Shown: positions 18,292 to 27,213, counted from the first letter of the stretch. The stretch is 37,915 nucleotides of DNA from a virus (IMGVR_UViG_3300016476_000680:1-37915); one strand, 5' to 3'. Translations and numbers: made by a program. Notes: generated from the letters alone by a model not told the origin.

Positions 18292-18927
18292 TTAGAGGGC
18301 TGATGAATAGAATATATGAGTTCCAATTTGAGCTACTACTGCTCTAGGATCGCGCCAATCTGGTTTAGCATAATCAGCGTGATAGAACATAGCAGACTGT
18401 AAGGCTGGAATTCTATAACCTTCTTTAATTACTTGCCTAGCAATTCGCTTTGCTGTTTCCCACTTTACACCACTTGGATGTGACCATCTGCGATCTTTGT
18501 TATGCGTCCAACTAAACTGGCTTGGCTGCATTACTACTTCACAAATACTGTCTGGGTAATTTGCATTACGCACTCGATTAATAGTCACTTGAGCTACTGC
18601 GAACATACCCAGTTCATCTTCGACTCCAGCCTCGTGATAAACGTTTTTCGCTAAACAAAAAACATCCAAGTCTTCGTGACTTACGGTTCTGTTGGTTCGC
18701 TCGACTCTGATAGCAGATTCACCATTTGTTGGAATAGTTGCGCCTGCCATCAACTCAAACAAGTAATTTTGTTTTTCTCTTAGTTCCAAATTAACTTGTT
18801 CAAGTACAGTAATTCTTTCTTCCAAGTTAAATTTCTGTGTATAAGACTTGAATCCTTCTACTGACAAACCCGCAATCAGTAAAATCAACAAGCCAACTAT
18901 AACCGCATTGCTACTGGTTAGTTTCAT
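18292..18927 (-). CDS. cell wall hydrolase, SleB/Hydrolase_2 family, N-terminal TM
   Basis: CLAKNVYHEA, VAQVTINRV, P.SICEVV.Q..QFSW, FYHADY..P.W, IG.HIFY. Confidence 0.92.
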   Translation of the reverse strand: MKLTSSNAVIVGLLILLIAGLSVEGFKSYTQKFNLEERITVLEQVNLELREKQNYLFELMAGATIPTNGESAIRVERTNRTVSHEDLDVFCLAKNVYHEAGVEDELGMFAVAQVTINRVRNANYPDSICEVVMQPSQFSWTHNKDRRWSHPSGVKWETAKRIARQVIKEGYRIPALQSAMFYHADYAKPDWRDPRAVVAQIGTHIFYSSAL

Positions 18928-18935
18928 AATAACCT

Positions 18936-19337
18936 CTACCAACTTGCTCTATAAGTTACCCAACGGTATTCATTTTTGCTCTTATGATCATACCATTTGA
19001 GTGCGTTTTCTAACAACCTAATATCTTCATCAACTTGTTCTTGATAGCCTTCTTCTCCGGGGTTACTAGAACTTCCAAAGAAAAATCCAGTTGTCGCTGG
19101 TAAAGAACCAGACTTTACCATACCGATCAATGTGTGAATATCACCTTGATTAAGTTCGATTGGTTCACAGTCGTCCACACCCTCAGCAAAAGTCTGAACA
19201 ATAGCACCATGAAGATTGGGATGCTTTCGCCAATATCCTAGTTCTACTGTAATCTCCTTAACAGGAAAGTTGTCAATTGTTTCTGTACGGTTGGAATAAT
19301 ACTGGTGACCCTGCAAATACATATCAAGACCCATCAT
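18936..19337 (-). CDS. conserved hypothetical phage protein
   Basis: MGLDMYL, YWRKHPNLHG, GFFFG, Y.ASW. Confidence 0.8.
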   Translation of the reverse strand: MMGLDMYLQGHQYYSNRTETIDNFPVKEITVELGYWRKHPNLHGAIVQTFAEGVDDCEPIELNQGDIHTLIGMVKSGSLPATTGFFFGSSSNPGEEGYQEQVDEDIRLLENALKWYDHKSKNEYRWVTYRASW

Positions 19338-19681
19338 TGTTCTCCTTTAAGTGTGTTCCACATTTTTTGTTTTGACAAGTTTATATTTCTAAAGTAACGA
19401 AGCGTTAGAAAAATAATAATTCCAGGTATAGATATAAACCAACTAAAAGAGACTATTATACTACAGATAAAAATTATGATTGGAAAGAATATGAACCATG
19501 ATACTTCAGTATTCTTAAGTGGATTAAAATGTCTGACTGATTGATCATCCCATTTGAGCTCCTCTCCTTTAACATATCTCACACATAATGGGATTAGATA
19601 TACTAGACACAATATTATTGTTACGATAAATCCTACACCAAGGGTATATTTTACCCCAAGATCATATATACTCATATCCAT
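19334..19681 (-). CDS. hypothetical membrane protein (KMWxxLK C-terminus)
   Basis: Hydrophobic segments; resembles 3143..3502. Confidence 0.65.
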   Translation of the reverse strand: MDMSIYDLGVKYTLGVGFIVTIILCLVYLIPLCVRYVKGEELKWDDQSVRHFNPLKNTEVSWFIFFPIIIFICSIIVSFSWFISIPGIIIFLTLRYFRNINLSKQKMWNTLKGEQ

Positions 19682-19698
19682 AATGAATTTCCTCGAAT

Positions 19699-19920
19699 TT
19701 AGCTTGAAAATTCTTGGTTGATATAAAACTCTACTAGTTGACGCTGAATAACTCCAGCAATATCCAAACTAGTATCGCTTACTATAAAGCGTACTGGACA
19801 ATTTCTCCAACTTCGATTTTTAATAAAATCGCCAGCCCATTTTCTGTGATCAGTGTTCTCGGGATCAAACACTACCTGCGGTCTTACAACTGTTGCCAAA
19901 TTTGTCATTTTAAGATCCAA
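19699..19920 (-). CDS. hypothetical protein
   Basis: RP.V.FDP.N.DHR...SW..CP.RF pattern. Confidence 0.7.
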   Translation of the reverse strand: MDLKMTNLATVVRPQVVFDPENTDHRKWAGDFIKNRSWRNCPVRFIVSDTSLDIAGVIQRQLVEFYINQEFSS

Positions 19921-20200
19921 TAAGACGAATTAAACCAATTATATCAATAGTAACCAACAAAGCATAATTAGCAAGCATCCCAAAACTACGCCTACTATAG
20001 GCCGCCCACGCATACATCGCACAACCTGTAATCCATGTTGGATAAAGTACGTGCAGAGGAGGATTAGGAACAGTAAGAGCCATAGTAAGAGAACAACCGA
20101 TACTAAGCATCCACGCCAGAATCTCAATGATAAATCTTGCACGATTACTTAGCCAGTCTTCCTTGATCCACGCAAATACTCCCCAAAGACCGTCATTCAT
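19910..20200 (-). CDS. hypothetical membrane protein
   Basis: Three TM-like segments. Confidence 0.7.
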   Translation of the reverse strand: MNDGLWGVFAWIKEDWLSNRARFIIEILAWMLSIGCSLTMALTVPNPPLHVLYPTWITGCAMYAWAAYSRRSFGMLANYALLVTIDIIGLIRLIGS

Positions 20201-20385
20201 TCAGCAGTGCCAGCAACCATCTGTTGATACACTTTATCCACTGCTCCCTCGTAACCATCTTCTTTGATTTCTTTGTCGGATGGGAGGTTGTATTCCGAAA
20301 AAGCACATGATTCACGAGCAATAGCAACTTCGGCACGAAAGCGTTCAAATGCGTCTTGGAAAACAAGTTGTTGAAGTTTAGTCAT
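20197..20385 (-). CDS. hypothetical protein
   Basis: AGGAG RBS; promoter TTGCGT-16-TATAAT at 20407-20434. Confidence 0.65.
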   Translation of the reverse strand: MTKLQQLVFQDAFERFRAEVAIARESCAFSEYNLPSDKEIKEDGYEGAVDKVYQQMVAGTAE

Positions 20386-20439
20386 TTTTATCTCCTATGA
20401 GTTTGTATTATACACGGTAATTCTTAAAACGCAAGCCTT

Positions 20440-20778
20440 TTACTTTCCTTTCTTGAAAGTATTCAGTCGGGGTTGAAGTTCGTCAATCAGTGCTACTTCC
20501 ATAGCGTGGGCAGATTTCTTGCCGCGCACTATATCATGTACCCAATACTCGTGATTCTCGGGATCGTACTTGCGAAACGATTCACACAATGCCCACATTT
20601 TGTTCTCAGCAAAAGCCCGCTGTACATGCTTTTGTACACGGCGATCTACAGTACGCTGGGCGTTACCGCGAAACGACAACACAGTGATACCAACATAAAG
20701 TTCCTGAGTAATCGTGTTTTTAATCATGTAAATCACATGGTTACGATCACTGCGGCGCTTGCGTTTAACTGTAATCAT
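20440..20778 (-). CDS. GIY-YIG-like domain protein
   Basis: VIYMI...YVGIT...R...H...E..LI....P.LN. Confidence 0.7.
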   Translation of the reverse strand: MITVKRKRRSDRNHVIYMIKNTITQELYVGITVLSFRGNAQRTVDRRVQKHVQRAFAENKMWALCESFRKYDPENHEYWVHDIVRGKKSAHAMEVALIDELQPRLNTFKKGK

Positions 20779-20809
20779 TTCTCGTCCCGTTTCTCAACTC
20801 TATATAGCT

Positions 20810-20837
20810 ATTATAAAGGATTTGGGCAAAATGTCAA
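20810..20837 (-). promoter_or_regulatory. early sigma70 promoter
   Basis: TTGACA-16-TATAAT; IHF-consensus box at 20867-20879 upstream. Confidence 0.8.
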
Positions 20838-20868
20838 TAGTTTGGATAAAAATAAATCATCAACGAAA

Positions 20869-21186
20869 TCAAGCACTTACTGCTTGCTTAGCTTTAGCTG
20901 CATCCAGTAGTTGACCAGCGTACTTACAGATGCGCCAAACACCCTTACGATTGGGCTTTTTCCAGTATGCCAATTGCTTTTCTGTCAAATACCCGCGCCG
21001 GGCGTAAAACTCAGCCATTGAAGTACCCATCTTTGCGTCAGCGGGGGTGAACCCTACACCATTGTTATACTTGGTGTCTTCGGTAGCACGTTCATCGCGG
21101 GTTTGACGCTCATTCAGCACAATCAGAGCGCGGATAATTGCTTTGTCGTTGGTTTGAAGTAGTTGGGTGATATACTGTTTGTTCAC
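20869..21186 (-). CDS. conserved hypothetical phage protein
   Basis: AAGGAG RBS with GTG start; RQT.DE....T...NGVGF...DA...KYAGQL. Confidence 0.75.
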   Translation of the reverse strand: MNKQYITQLLQTNDKAIIRALIVLNERQTRDERATEDTKYNNGVGFTPADAKMGTSMAEFYARRGYLTEKQLAYWKKPNRKGVWRICKYAGQLLDAAKAKQAVSA

Positions 21187-21220
21187 TGCTAACTCCTTAG
21201 TTTTGCTCGACTATGTGATT

Positions 21221-21248
21221 ATTATAGCAGAATTGGGTAAGAAGTCAA
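21221..21248 (-). promoter_or_regulatory. early sigma70 promoter
   Basis: TTGACT-16-TATAAT with extended TG. Confidence 0.8.
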
Positions 21249-21277
21249 GCCTTCTGCTAAAAATAAAATATCAATAA

Positions 21278-21490
21278 AATCAACAACTTACAAATAAAAA
21301 AGCACTTACCACTGAGATAAGTGCTTGATTTATAACAGCTTTTTTAACAGAGAATCAATGGCTTACGTTGCCTGCGTGAAATCTAGACAACCGGTGTGAG
21401 TGTTGACGCTGCTCTATAAAAGGAAAAAGTGGATTTCTTTATAAAATCAACAACTTAGCCAAACCATGCGAAAACAATAAGTTATTGATT
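21278..21490. promoter_or_regulatory. five IHF-consensus sites
   Basis: AATCAANNNNTTA at 21278, 21353 and 21445 (+) and at 21318 and 21478 (-). Confidence 0.7.
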
Positions 21491-21901
21491 TTCAAGAAGT
21501 TTTTTACCTAGGATCATTTGCTGCTCGTGTGCATCTTGTTCCCACGGTAGTTGCTGATATTCTTTGTATGACATTTTTAAGGGATCAACTGGGTAAGTTT
21601 TGTTTTCCCAAACAAATACACCAGTTCTTGATATAGCTAGTTTGCCGGTATAGATTTGGCTAACATGCACTAGTTCATGTATGGTTGGATAGAATAGTTC
21701 TTTAGCGGTTAGTTGTGAATTTAAAATTATAGAATTTTTTCTCATAGGAGATAAGATAGTTTCACCATATGAAGATGGTCCTAAATCTTCTAGTGTTACA
21801 TAAATTGATTCAGGCAACTGGATCAACTTAGATAGATGTTGACAAATGTTGGTTATAACTTTTGCTTTATCATTGTGAGTATTTGAGAAGTGTAATTTCA
21901 T
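21482..21901 (-). CDS. zincin-like metallopeptidase domain protein
   Basis: TIHELVHVSQ...LPWEQDA; TAAATA 5 nt upstream of the ATG. Confidence 0.8.
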   Translation of the reverse strand: MKLHFSNTHNDKAKVITNICQHLSKLIQLPESIYVTLEDLGPSSYGETILSPMRKNSIILNSQLTAKELFYPTIHELVHVSQIYTGKLAISRTGVFVWENKTYPVDPLKMSYKEYQQLPWEQDAHEQQMILGKKLLENQ

Positions 21902-21952
21902 GTAAGTATTTATAAATGATAAATAGTCATTATAAGTAAACAGGACCACAAC

Positions 21953-23581
21953 ATGAAATATGTACTAGATTTTTACAATCACCTTGATCAATTAGTTATT
22001 GACCAGTATCTTGCTGATAACAACATTACTAAAATAAAACAACTAGAAAGTTTTGGTAAGGTATACTTGGTTGAATCAGAAAATGAAATCATAATGAATG
22101 AACTGATAGAAAGTTTGTCAGCCGATGCAGACCATCCAGTTACTCTATTATCATCTACAGTTGATTTAGTAGACAACTATATAGAAGCTACAATTGATAT
22201 AGAAGATGAAAAGAATTGGTGGAAAGTTGCTACTATTAATAAAATTAATTTCGATCAACCAACACATACTCACAAAATAAGAGGATTGGACAGTACTGTT
22301 TATATTATTGACAGCGGAATCATGTCTGAACATCCAGAATTTGCTAATGCTAATATAGAATTGCTACATTCATTCAATGGTAATTTTACGGATAATAACG
22401 GGCACGGCACAGGGTTATCTAGTTTGATTGTTGGTTCTACTTGCGGAATAGCTAATCCATGTTTGAAGGTTGTAAAACTATTCGATAATACTCAGCCAAC
22501 ATATCAAAGTGATATGTTAATTGCGTTGGACGCGGTGTTAAATGATTTTATTAGTGGTGGTAAAAAGTCGTCTGTTGTAAACATGAGCTGGGCAATTCCT
22601 AGAAACGAATATATTAATGCGAAAATTCAATATATGATTGATCAAGGAATATATGTAGTGGTTGCTGCAGGTAACAATGGTATGCCAATAGGTGATGTAA
22701 CTCCTGCTAGTATTCCAGCTGTGTTAACTATTGGGTCATTTAATCAGAATCTCGAACCAAGTTCGTTTTCTAACTACACCGGCGGTTCTGTTATTTCATA
22801 TATAGCCAATGATGTAAATTACGGCGCACTAGATGGCTGGGCCCCTGGTGAGTTAATCTGGGCTGCAAATAAAAATGGCGGATACGGATATATTGCAGGT
22901 ACTTCTGCGGCTGCTGCCATAACGAGTGCTGCACTTGCATATAATATGAATGCAGTATTAGATAACAGTAATAAAGTAAATGAAAAAATTAATATAGTTG
23001 ATACTTATCAGTTTTACAGTAATTTGGTACTGTCTAGAAATGGCTTGTTAAATTTAAGTGCTGCCCAATACGCAGGCTCAGTAAATAAAATTGCTAGCAT
23101 CTACAATGGTGAACAGACATTACCAGAGTTTTATAGTATCTTTGTAGTGGCAGATTCTGGAATACCACGACATATTATGGTTACTAATCCAATATACGCA
23201 AGTAGTATCTCATGCGATGATTTACCAGCATGGGCAACAATGGATGATAAAGGATACATCACTGTAAACTATACGCTACCATCTGGTACGCAATATCAAT
23301 TGTTACCAGAAATAATGTTCACTATCATTAATCGTGACGGTACTACTAGATATCTTAAATTAGATGTTGCTGTGACCTCTACTGATCTTAAGGAATTATA
23401 CAATACTACCCCGTCGGCAATAACAGACGATATTATTGTTCGATATGTGCTGAATGATGACTCATTTTGTACATGGGACGGTGTTGGATGTCAAGATGTT
23501 AATGGATGCTCTACTCAGTTTCCAGTTGAAAATCCTTTCTGCCAAGGCACCAAAACTGAAAATTGTTTTTGTGGTTTTTAA
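21953..23581 (+). CDS. subtilisin-family (S8) serine protease with a Cys-rich C-terminal tail
   Basis: YIIDSG, NGHGT, AAGN, GTSAA; Ig-like segment; six-Cys C-terminus. Confidence 0.9.
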   Translation: MKYVLDFYNHLDQLVIDQYLADNNITKIKQLESFGKVYLVESENEIIMNELIESLSADADHPVTLLSSTVDLVDNYIEATIDIEDEKNWWKVATINKINFDQPTHTHKIRGLDSTVYIIDSGIMSEHPEFANANIELLHSFNGNFTDNNGHGTGLSSLIVGSTCGIANPCLKVVKLFDNTQPTYQSDMLIALDAVLNDFISGGKKSSVVNMSWAIPRNEYINAKIQYMIDQGIYVVVAAGNNGMPIGDVTPASIPAVLTIGSFNQNLEPSSFSNYTGGSVISYIANDVNYGALDGWAPGELIWAANKNGGYGYIAGTSAAAAITSAALAYNMNAVLDNSNKVNEKINIVDTYQFYSNLVLSRNGLLNLSAAQYAGSVNKIASIYNGEQTLPEFYSIFVVADSGIPRHIMVTNPIYASSISCDDLPAWATMDDKGYITVNYTLPSGTQYQLLPEIMFTIINRDGTTRYLKLDVAVTSTDLKELYNTTPSAITDDIIVRYVLNDDSFCTWDGVGCQDVNGCSTQFPVENPFCQGTKTENCFCGF

Positions 23582-23596
23582 AGGTAACTATACACA

Positions 23597-23824
23597 ATGT
23601 CATTTAGTGAAAAACTTAAATCTAGAATTATTACAGTCAAGGAAGAGTTATCAAAAAATATAGAGTTAGTAAAAGTTGATGAAGAAGTTAGGAACTCTCG
23701 TTTATCGATATGTACAAACTGTGAACATTTATTTAAGCCAACTAATAACTGTAAGAAATGTGGCTGCTTTATGAATGCTAAAACATGGTTAAAAAGTGCA
23801 ACCTGTCCCATTAACAAATGGTAA
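23597..23824 (+). CDS. small Cys-rich (metal-binding) protein
   Basis: RLSICTNC...CKKCGCFM..K......CP..KW. Confidence 0.8.
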   Translation: MSFSEKLKSRIITVKEELSKNIELVKVDEEVRNSRLSICTNCEHLFKPTNNCKKCGCFMNAKTWLKSATCPINKW

Positions 23825-23827
23825 ATA

Positions 23828-24715
23828 ATGGATTGGATTAAATTTGGTTGGGGGCCTAAGTTTGATGCTGAGTTTAACTCTACTATTCCCCATTATGTAG
23901 ACATGTCCAATGCTGTTAAGTCAACAAAATCATTACTAGAAATATCCAATCGAGTAATCGGTAATATAACACAAAATTATCCAGGGCCGTATACCTTAAT
24001 GGTAAGCGGCGGAATGGATAGTCAAATGATGTTATGGTGTTGGTTAAATTCAGGAAAAAGTTTCAATGCAGTATCAATAAAATATGTCAGTGATGTTCAA
24101 TTATTAGTACTAAACCAACATGATTTAGTAGAATTGGATATGTTCGCTAATAAGAATAATATACCTATAAACTATCGACATTTTAACGTAACACAGTTTC
24201 TAGAAAATGATTTACTAAATTGTGCAACTGAATATCAATGTACTAGTCCTCAAATCTGCACATATATGGCAATGAGTGAGTTGATACACGATGGGACTAT
24301 AATATTTAGTGGTAATTTTGCATACGGATTGAATTATAGCTATACAATCTGGGGAATGAAACGCTATGCTGAAAAGTCAGGTAAAAACATCATTCCATTC
24401 TTTCTATTACATGATTCTGAATTAGCAAATTTACCAGTGAATCTACCATCCAACAGTCAGTACAGTTTAACTAAATTTAATTCATACACTGATTTAGGGG
24501 TACCGGTAATTCCGCAACCAAAAAAACAAACAGGGTTTGAGGTGATAAAAGATTATTATGACACTAGAAAAGACTTAGTGGTTCCACCAAAGATAAGATT
24601 AAAATATGCTAATATGCCTAGTAAGCGAAAGTTTGATTTATTGTTTAGATACTCGCTGATGGAAAAAATAAAATATGTAGACAATGTAGTTTATATCAGA
24701 CCCAAACAACAATAA
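23828..24715 (+). CDS. PP-loop (adenine nucleotide alpha-hydrolase / asparagine synthetase C-domain-like) protein
   Basis: LMVSGGMDS motif; K.TGFE..KDYY. Confidence 0.65.
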   Translation: MDWIKFGWGPKFDAEFNSTIPHYVDMSNAVKSTKSLLEISNRVIGNITQNYPGPYTLMVSGGMDSQMMLWCWLNSGKSFNAVSIKYVSDVQLLVLNQHDLVELDMFANKNNIPINYRHFNVTQFLENDLLNCATEYQCTSPQICTYMAMSELIHDGTIIFSGNFAYGLNYSYTIWGMKRYAEKSGKNIIPFFLLHDSELANLPVNLPSNSQYSLTKFNSYTDLGVPVIPQPKKQTGFEVIKDYYDTRKDLVVPPKIRLKYANMPSKRKFDLLFRYSLMEKIKYVDNVVYIRPKQQ

Positions 24716-25176
24716 ATATTAGGTCCAAACTCTACACCATCTACCACTACATTTCCTACTGTTTTAAATCCTACTCGCTCATATGCAGGTAATGCGCTTA
24801 CTCTAGGAATAGACCATATCATATGAGCACCCACTTCTTTGGCTTGCTGGACGGTTGCGAGTAGTATTTGTTGAGCTAATTTTTGTCTGCGATATTGTGG
24901 ATCAACCCAAAGACCTCTACTTCTAAATTCATGTTCAGAAGTTAAATGACCAGAATTTACTGCTATTAAATTTTCTTGATCGTAGATTCCAAAAAAATAA
25001 GCAGGATACTTGAATATGGTCATGCTATAGGGTTGATTGGGACGGGATAGTGGCCAAGTCATTGCGCTATGTGTTTCGATAGGCGATAGGCGATTGGGCC
25101 AAAGTTTGTCTCGCCAGACGGGTAAAATTTGTTCAAAAGTGATTTGTTGTACTGCTGATAAAGTATCTTTGTTCAC
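24691..25176 (-). CDS. GNAT acetyltransferase
   Basis: RSRGLWVDPQYRRQKLA, PR.SAL..Y..VGF. Confidence 0.85.
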   Translation of the reverse strand: MNKDTLSAVQQITFEQILPVWRDKLWPNRLSPIETHSAMTWPLSRPNQPYSMTIFKYPAYFFGIYDQENLIAVNSGHLTSEHEFRSRGLWVDPQYRRQKLAQQILLATVQQAKEVGAHMIWSIPRVSALPAYERVGFKTVGNVVVDGVEFGPNIYCCLGLI

Positions 25177-25212
25177 AAAGATATTTATACTAAGGAGGGA
25201 GTTTGTTGCGAA

Positions 25213-25473
25213 TTAGACTTCAATTACGTCAAGTAGAATGAAGTCTCCGTGAGGATTGATACCGTTGATCGTAAACTTATTAGTTACTGAGTTTTGACAA
25301 ACTCTACCAGTAAGTTCCTTGAACTCTGTTTCACCAACGTACCTAATTGTTACAGTACAGTATGATTCAGGTTCCATCACAAAGTCTCTAACGATTACCT
25401 CGTCAAATACTTTCTTCTGTGTAGGAATACGTCTTTTGTACCAATCACAGTGTCTTACTGTGAATTCATACAT
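25213..25473 (-). CDS. hypothetical protein
   Basis: GAGG RBS; 86 aa. Confidence 0.65.
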   Translation of the reverse strand: MYEFTVRHCDWYKRRIPTQKKVFDEVIVRDFVMEPESYCTVTIRYVGETEFKELTGRVCQNSVTNKFTINGINPHGDFILLDVIEV

Positions 25474-25500
25474 CTTTTTGTTACCTCTTTGTTGTTAATA

Positions 25501-25655
25501 ATGTTATGAAAGTTGTAGTAGGAGTAAGACGCAACATCAACCTCCCACGGTGTACAGGTTCTTTACCCTATTGTACCCCCCGACTTTCCCTTCCAGTAGT
25601 TGCGCTTCTGTTCGGGCCATCTCGGATAACCGCTTGAATACAACTTTCATAACAT
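25501..25655 (-). ncRNA. putative structured RNA enclosed by a 17-bp terminal stem
   Basis: Perfect inverted repeat ATGTTATGAAAGTTGTA/TACAACTTTCATAACAT. Confidence 0.5.
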
Positions 25656-25667
25656 CACTAAAATTAT

Positions 25668-26520
25668 AAGGGCTGAGATTACACCCTTTACAACAGTGCT
25701 TCTAGCATTATCATAGACCTTGCGAGTCTAATTTCTCTAGATATCCACTAAAACCCTTGCGGTATCTTAGTACACCGTCAGCATCGCCGTTTAAAGTCAG
25801 GCTGTAGACTTAACACAACACACTACTCTATGCCTTATTACCCGTTGACCTTGCGAGCCATTCACAGTCGCTAAACCGTTACGAATCTTCTAGCATAAAC
25901 TGATTTCACCTTGCGAGTTACGTCAGGCTTGATTCTCTTGCGAGTCAAGCATTAGATGCTTTTCGCGTGTTGCTGGAGCAGACTTTGCATTTTAATGATG
26001 GGACTTGAACCCATAGCATTCTGTGTTAGAAGACAGATGATCTACCATTGATCTACATTGCAACCTACTGATTCGTGCTGCTCCAGTTGCTACATAAGCT
26101 TTTGGCTTACATAATACAACACGACTCGTACCTTTTGCCCCTGCAGGCTACTCAGTAGTTTTTCGCGACCAGTGTCATTTAAGCCACCAACCACTCAAAC
26201 TGCATAACAACCCTTAGACGCGACTCTTTGGATCATTACACTACCCTTTCTCATACCTATTAACAAGTTGGTTTTGTGTTGAGGTCAGCACCACCTGTTA
26301 CTCTCTGTCCGCCTGCCTTACCCTTTCGGGAGCATAAGCAGACATTCTTTCCAACACACTTGCTTCACAGTTACATCCACCGGTCTTATCAGTGAACGCT
26401 GGGTCACCCCAGTGAGCAGGCTTGCATATACGGACTCTTTCGAGCGCGGGCGTGTAGGACGCTTCCGCTTTGGGCACATCACTGTGCTTACCCTTTACAA
26501 ACATCCGAAGATGTTTGCTG
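25668..26520 (-). ncRNA. probable GOLLD RNA (giant structured ncRNA) with an embedded tRNA-like element
   Basis: About 850 nt without a credible ORF; many GCAA/GAAA-capped hairpins on the minus strand; 3' hairpin AAGGGUGUAAUCUCAGCCCUU; promoter at 26590-26617; adjacent to a tRNA array. Family assignment is from recall and ends are approximate. Confidence 0.7.
25991..26062 (-). tRNA. degenerate tRNA-Arg(TCT)-like element inside the large RNA
   Basis: D arm GATC/GATC, anticodon arm TCTGT-CTTCTAAC-ACAGA (8-nt loop), T arm ATGGG-TTCAAGT-CCCAT; only 4 contiguous acceptor pairs and no CCA. Confidence 0.6.
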
Positions 26521-26589
26521 GAGAATATGCTCCCCTTTAATTTTTAAACTTTTTAAAGAACGTTGTTGATTTCTCAACTTTATATAGCT

Positions 26590-26617
26590 ATTGTACACTA
26601 GTTTATCTTAATGTCAA
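26590..26617 (-). promoter_or_regulatory. sigma70 promoter of the large ncRNA
   Basis: TTGACA-16-TACAAT. Confidence 0.75.
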
Positions 26618-26633
26618 CACCTATCTTACCCAT

Positions 26634-27002
26634 TTAGCTAAAAGTTTTCAAAGCTTTGATATCGTCACCGATCAAGTCTTCGGGTATAGGACCAATTCCT
26701 AAACATGTAGTAGTTGGTTCATCAAATACTGTAAAACCTTTGTCAGTTACTAATCGTGTAGCACACTTATTTTCGTATGCTTTCTGCAACTCTTTTAGCT
26801 GTTCAACCGTGTCTACGACCAAGACGATTTTAAACGCATGATCGCTGATCATATACGCTGTAAGATGTTCTGGAAATTCTTTAGCTGCTAACCAGCTACA
26901 ATGCACGAACGCATGTCCAGCCTGAGCGCACATTTTGCCTCTGATACCTTTCATTTTATCGATGGCTTCTTTAGCAAATATACAGTACATTTTAACTTTC
27001 AT
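26634..27002 (-). CDS. pth2: peptidyl-tRNA hydrolase, Pth2 family
   Basis: GKMCAQAGHA, KIVL, DKGFT, TCLGIGP. Confidence 0.9.
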   Translation of the reverse strand: MKVKMYCIFAKEAIDKMKGIRGKMCAQAGHAFVHCSWLAAKEFPEHLTAYMISDHAFKIVLVVDTVEQLKELQKAYENKCATRLVTDKGFTVFDEPTTTCLGIGPIPEDLIGDDIKALKTFS

Positions 27003-27032
27003 ATATTACCTTGTTTGGGTTACTATACAGTT

Positions 27033-27060
27033 ATTATAGCAGGCTTAGACAAGAAGTCAA
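27033..27060 (-). promoter_or_regulatory. sigma70 promoter
   Basis: TTGACT-16-TATAAT with extended TG. Confidence 0.75.
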
Positions 27061-27111
27061 GACTTTTGATAAAAATAAATACGTTTAAGTACCAATAACT
27101 TACTAGAAGTG

Positions 27112-27212
27112 ATAAATAAAAGTGTAGTTCGCGGTACTGGAAATACCCAACTACGTCTATGAAGATAGAAACTTCACGCCTGAATCCGCATTTGAAGATA
27201 TTAAACGAATAA
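27112..27212 (+). pseudogene. orphan endonuclease-leader element followed by a 17-codon remnant ORF
   Basis: Same ATAAATA + GTAGTTCGCGG..CCCAACTAC element as at 33259. Confidence 0.5.
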
Positions 27213-27213
27213 T

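Noticed and set aside
412-23817. Antisense or alternate-frame ORFs over well-supported genes (e.g. 5671, 8421, 9297, 13533, 14376, 15207, 20473)
   Set aside because: Shadow ORFs of real genes, with no motifs or RBS.
25501-25655. Retron msr-msd (a1/a2 inverted repeats)
   Set aside because: There is no reverse transcriptase in the window and no long msd hairpin. Several similar clamped cassettes exist, so it is treated as a generic stem cassette.
26298-26504. 68-aa ORF on the minus strand
   Set aside because: Lies within the hairpin-dense large ncRNA, has no RBS, and shows no protein-like features.
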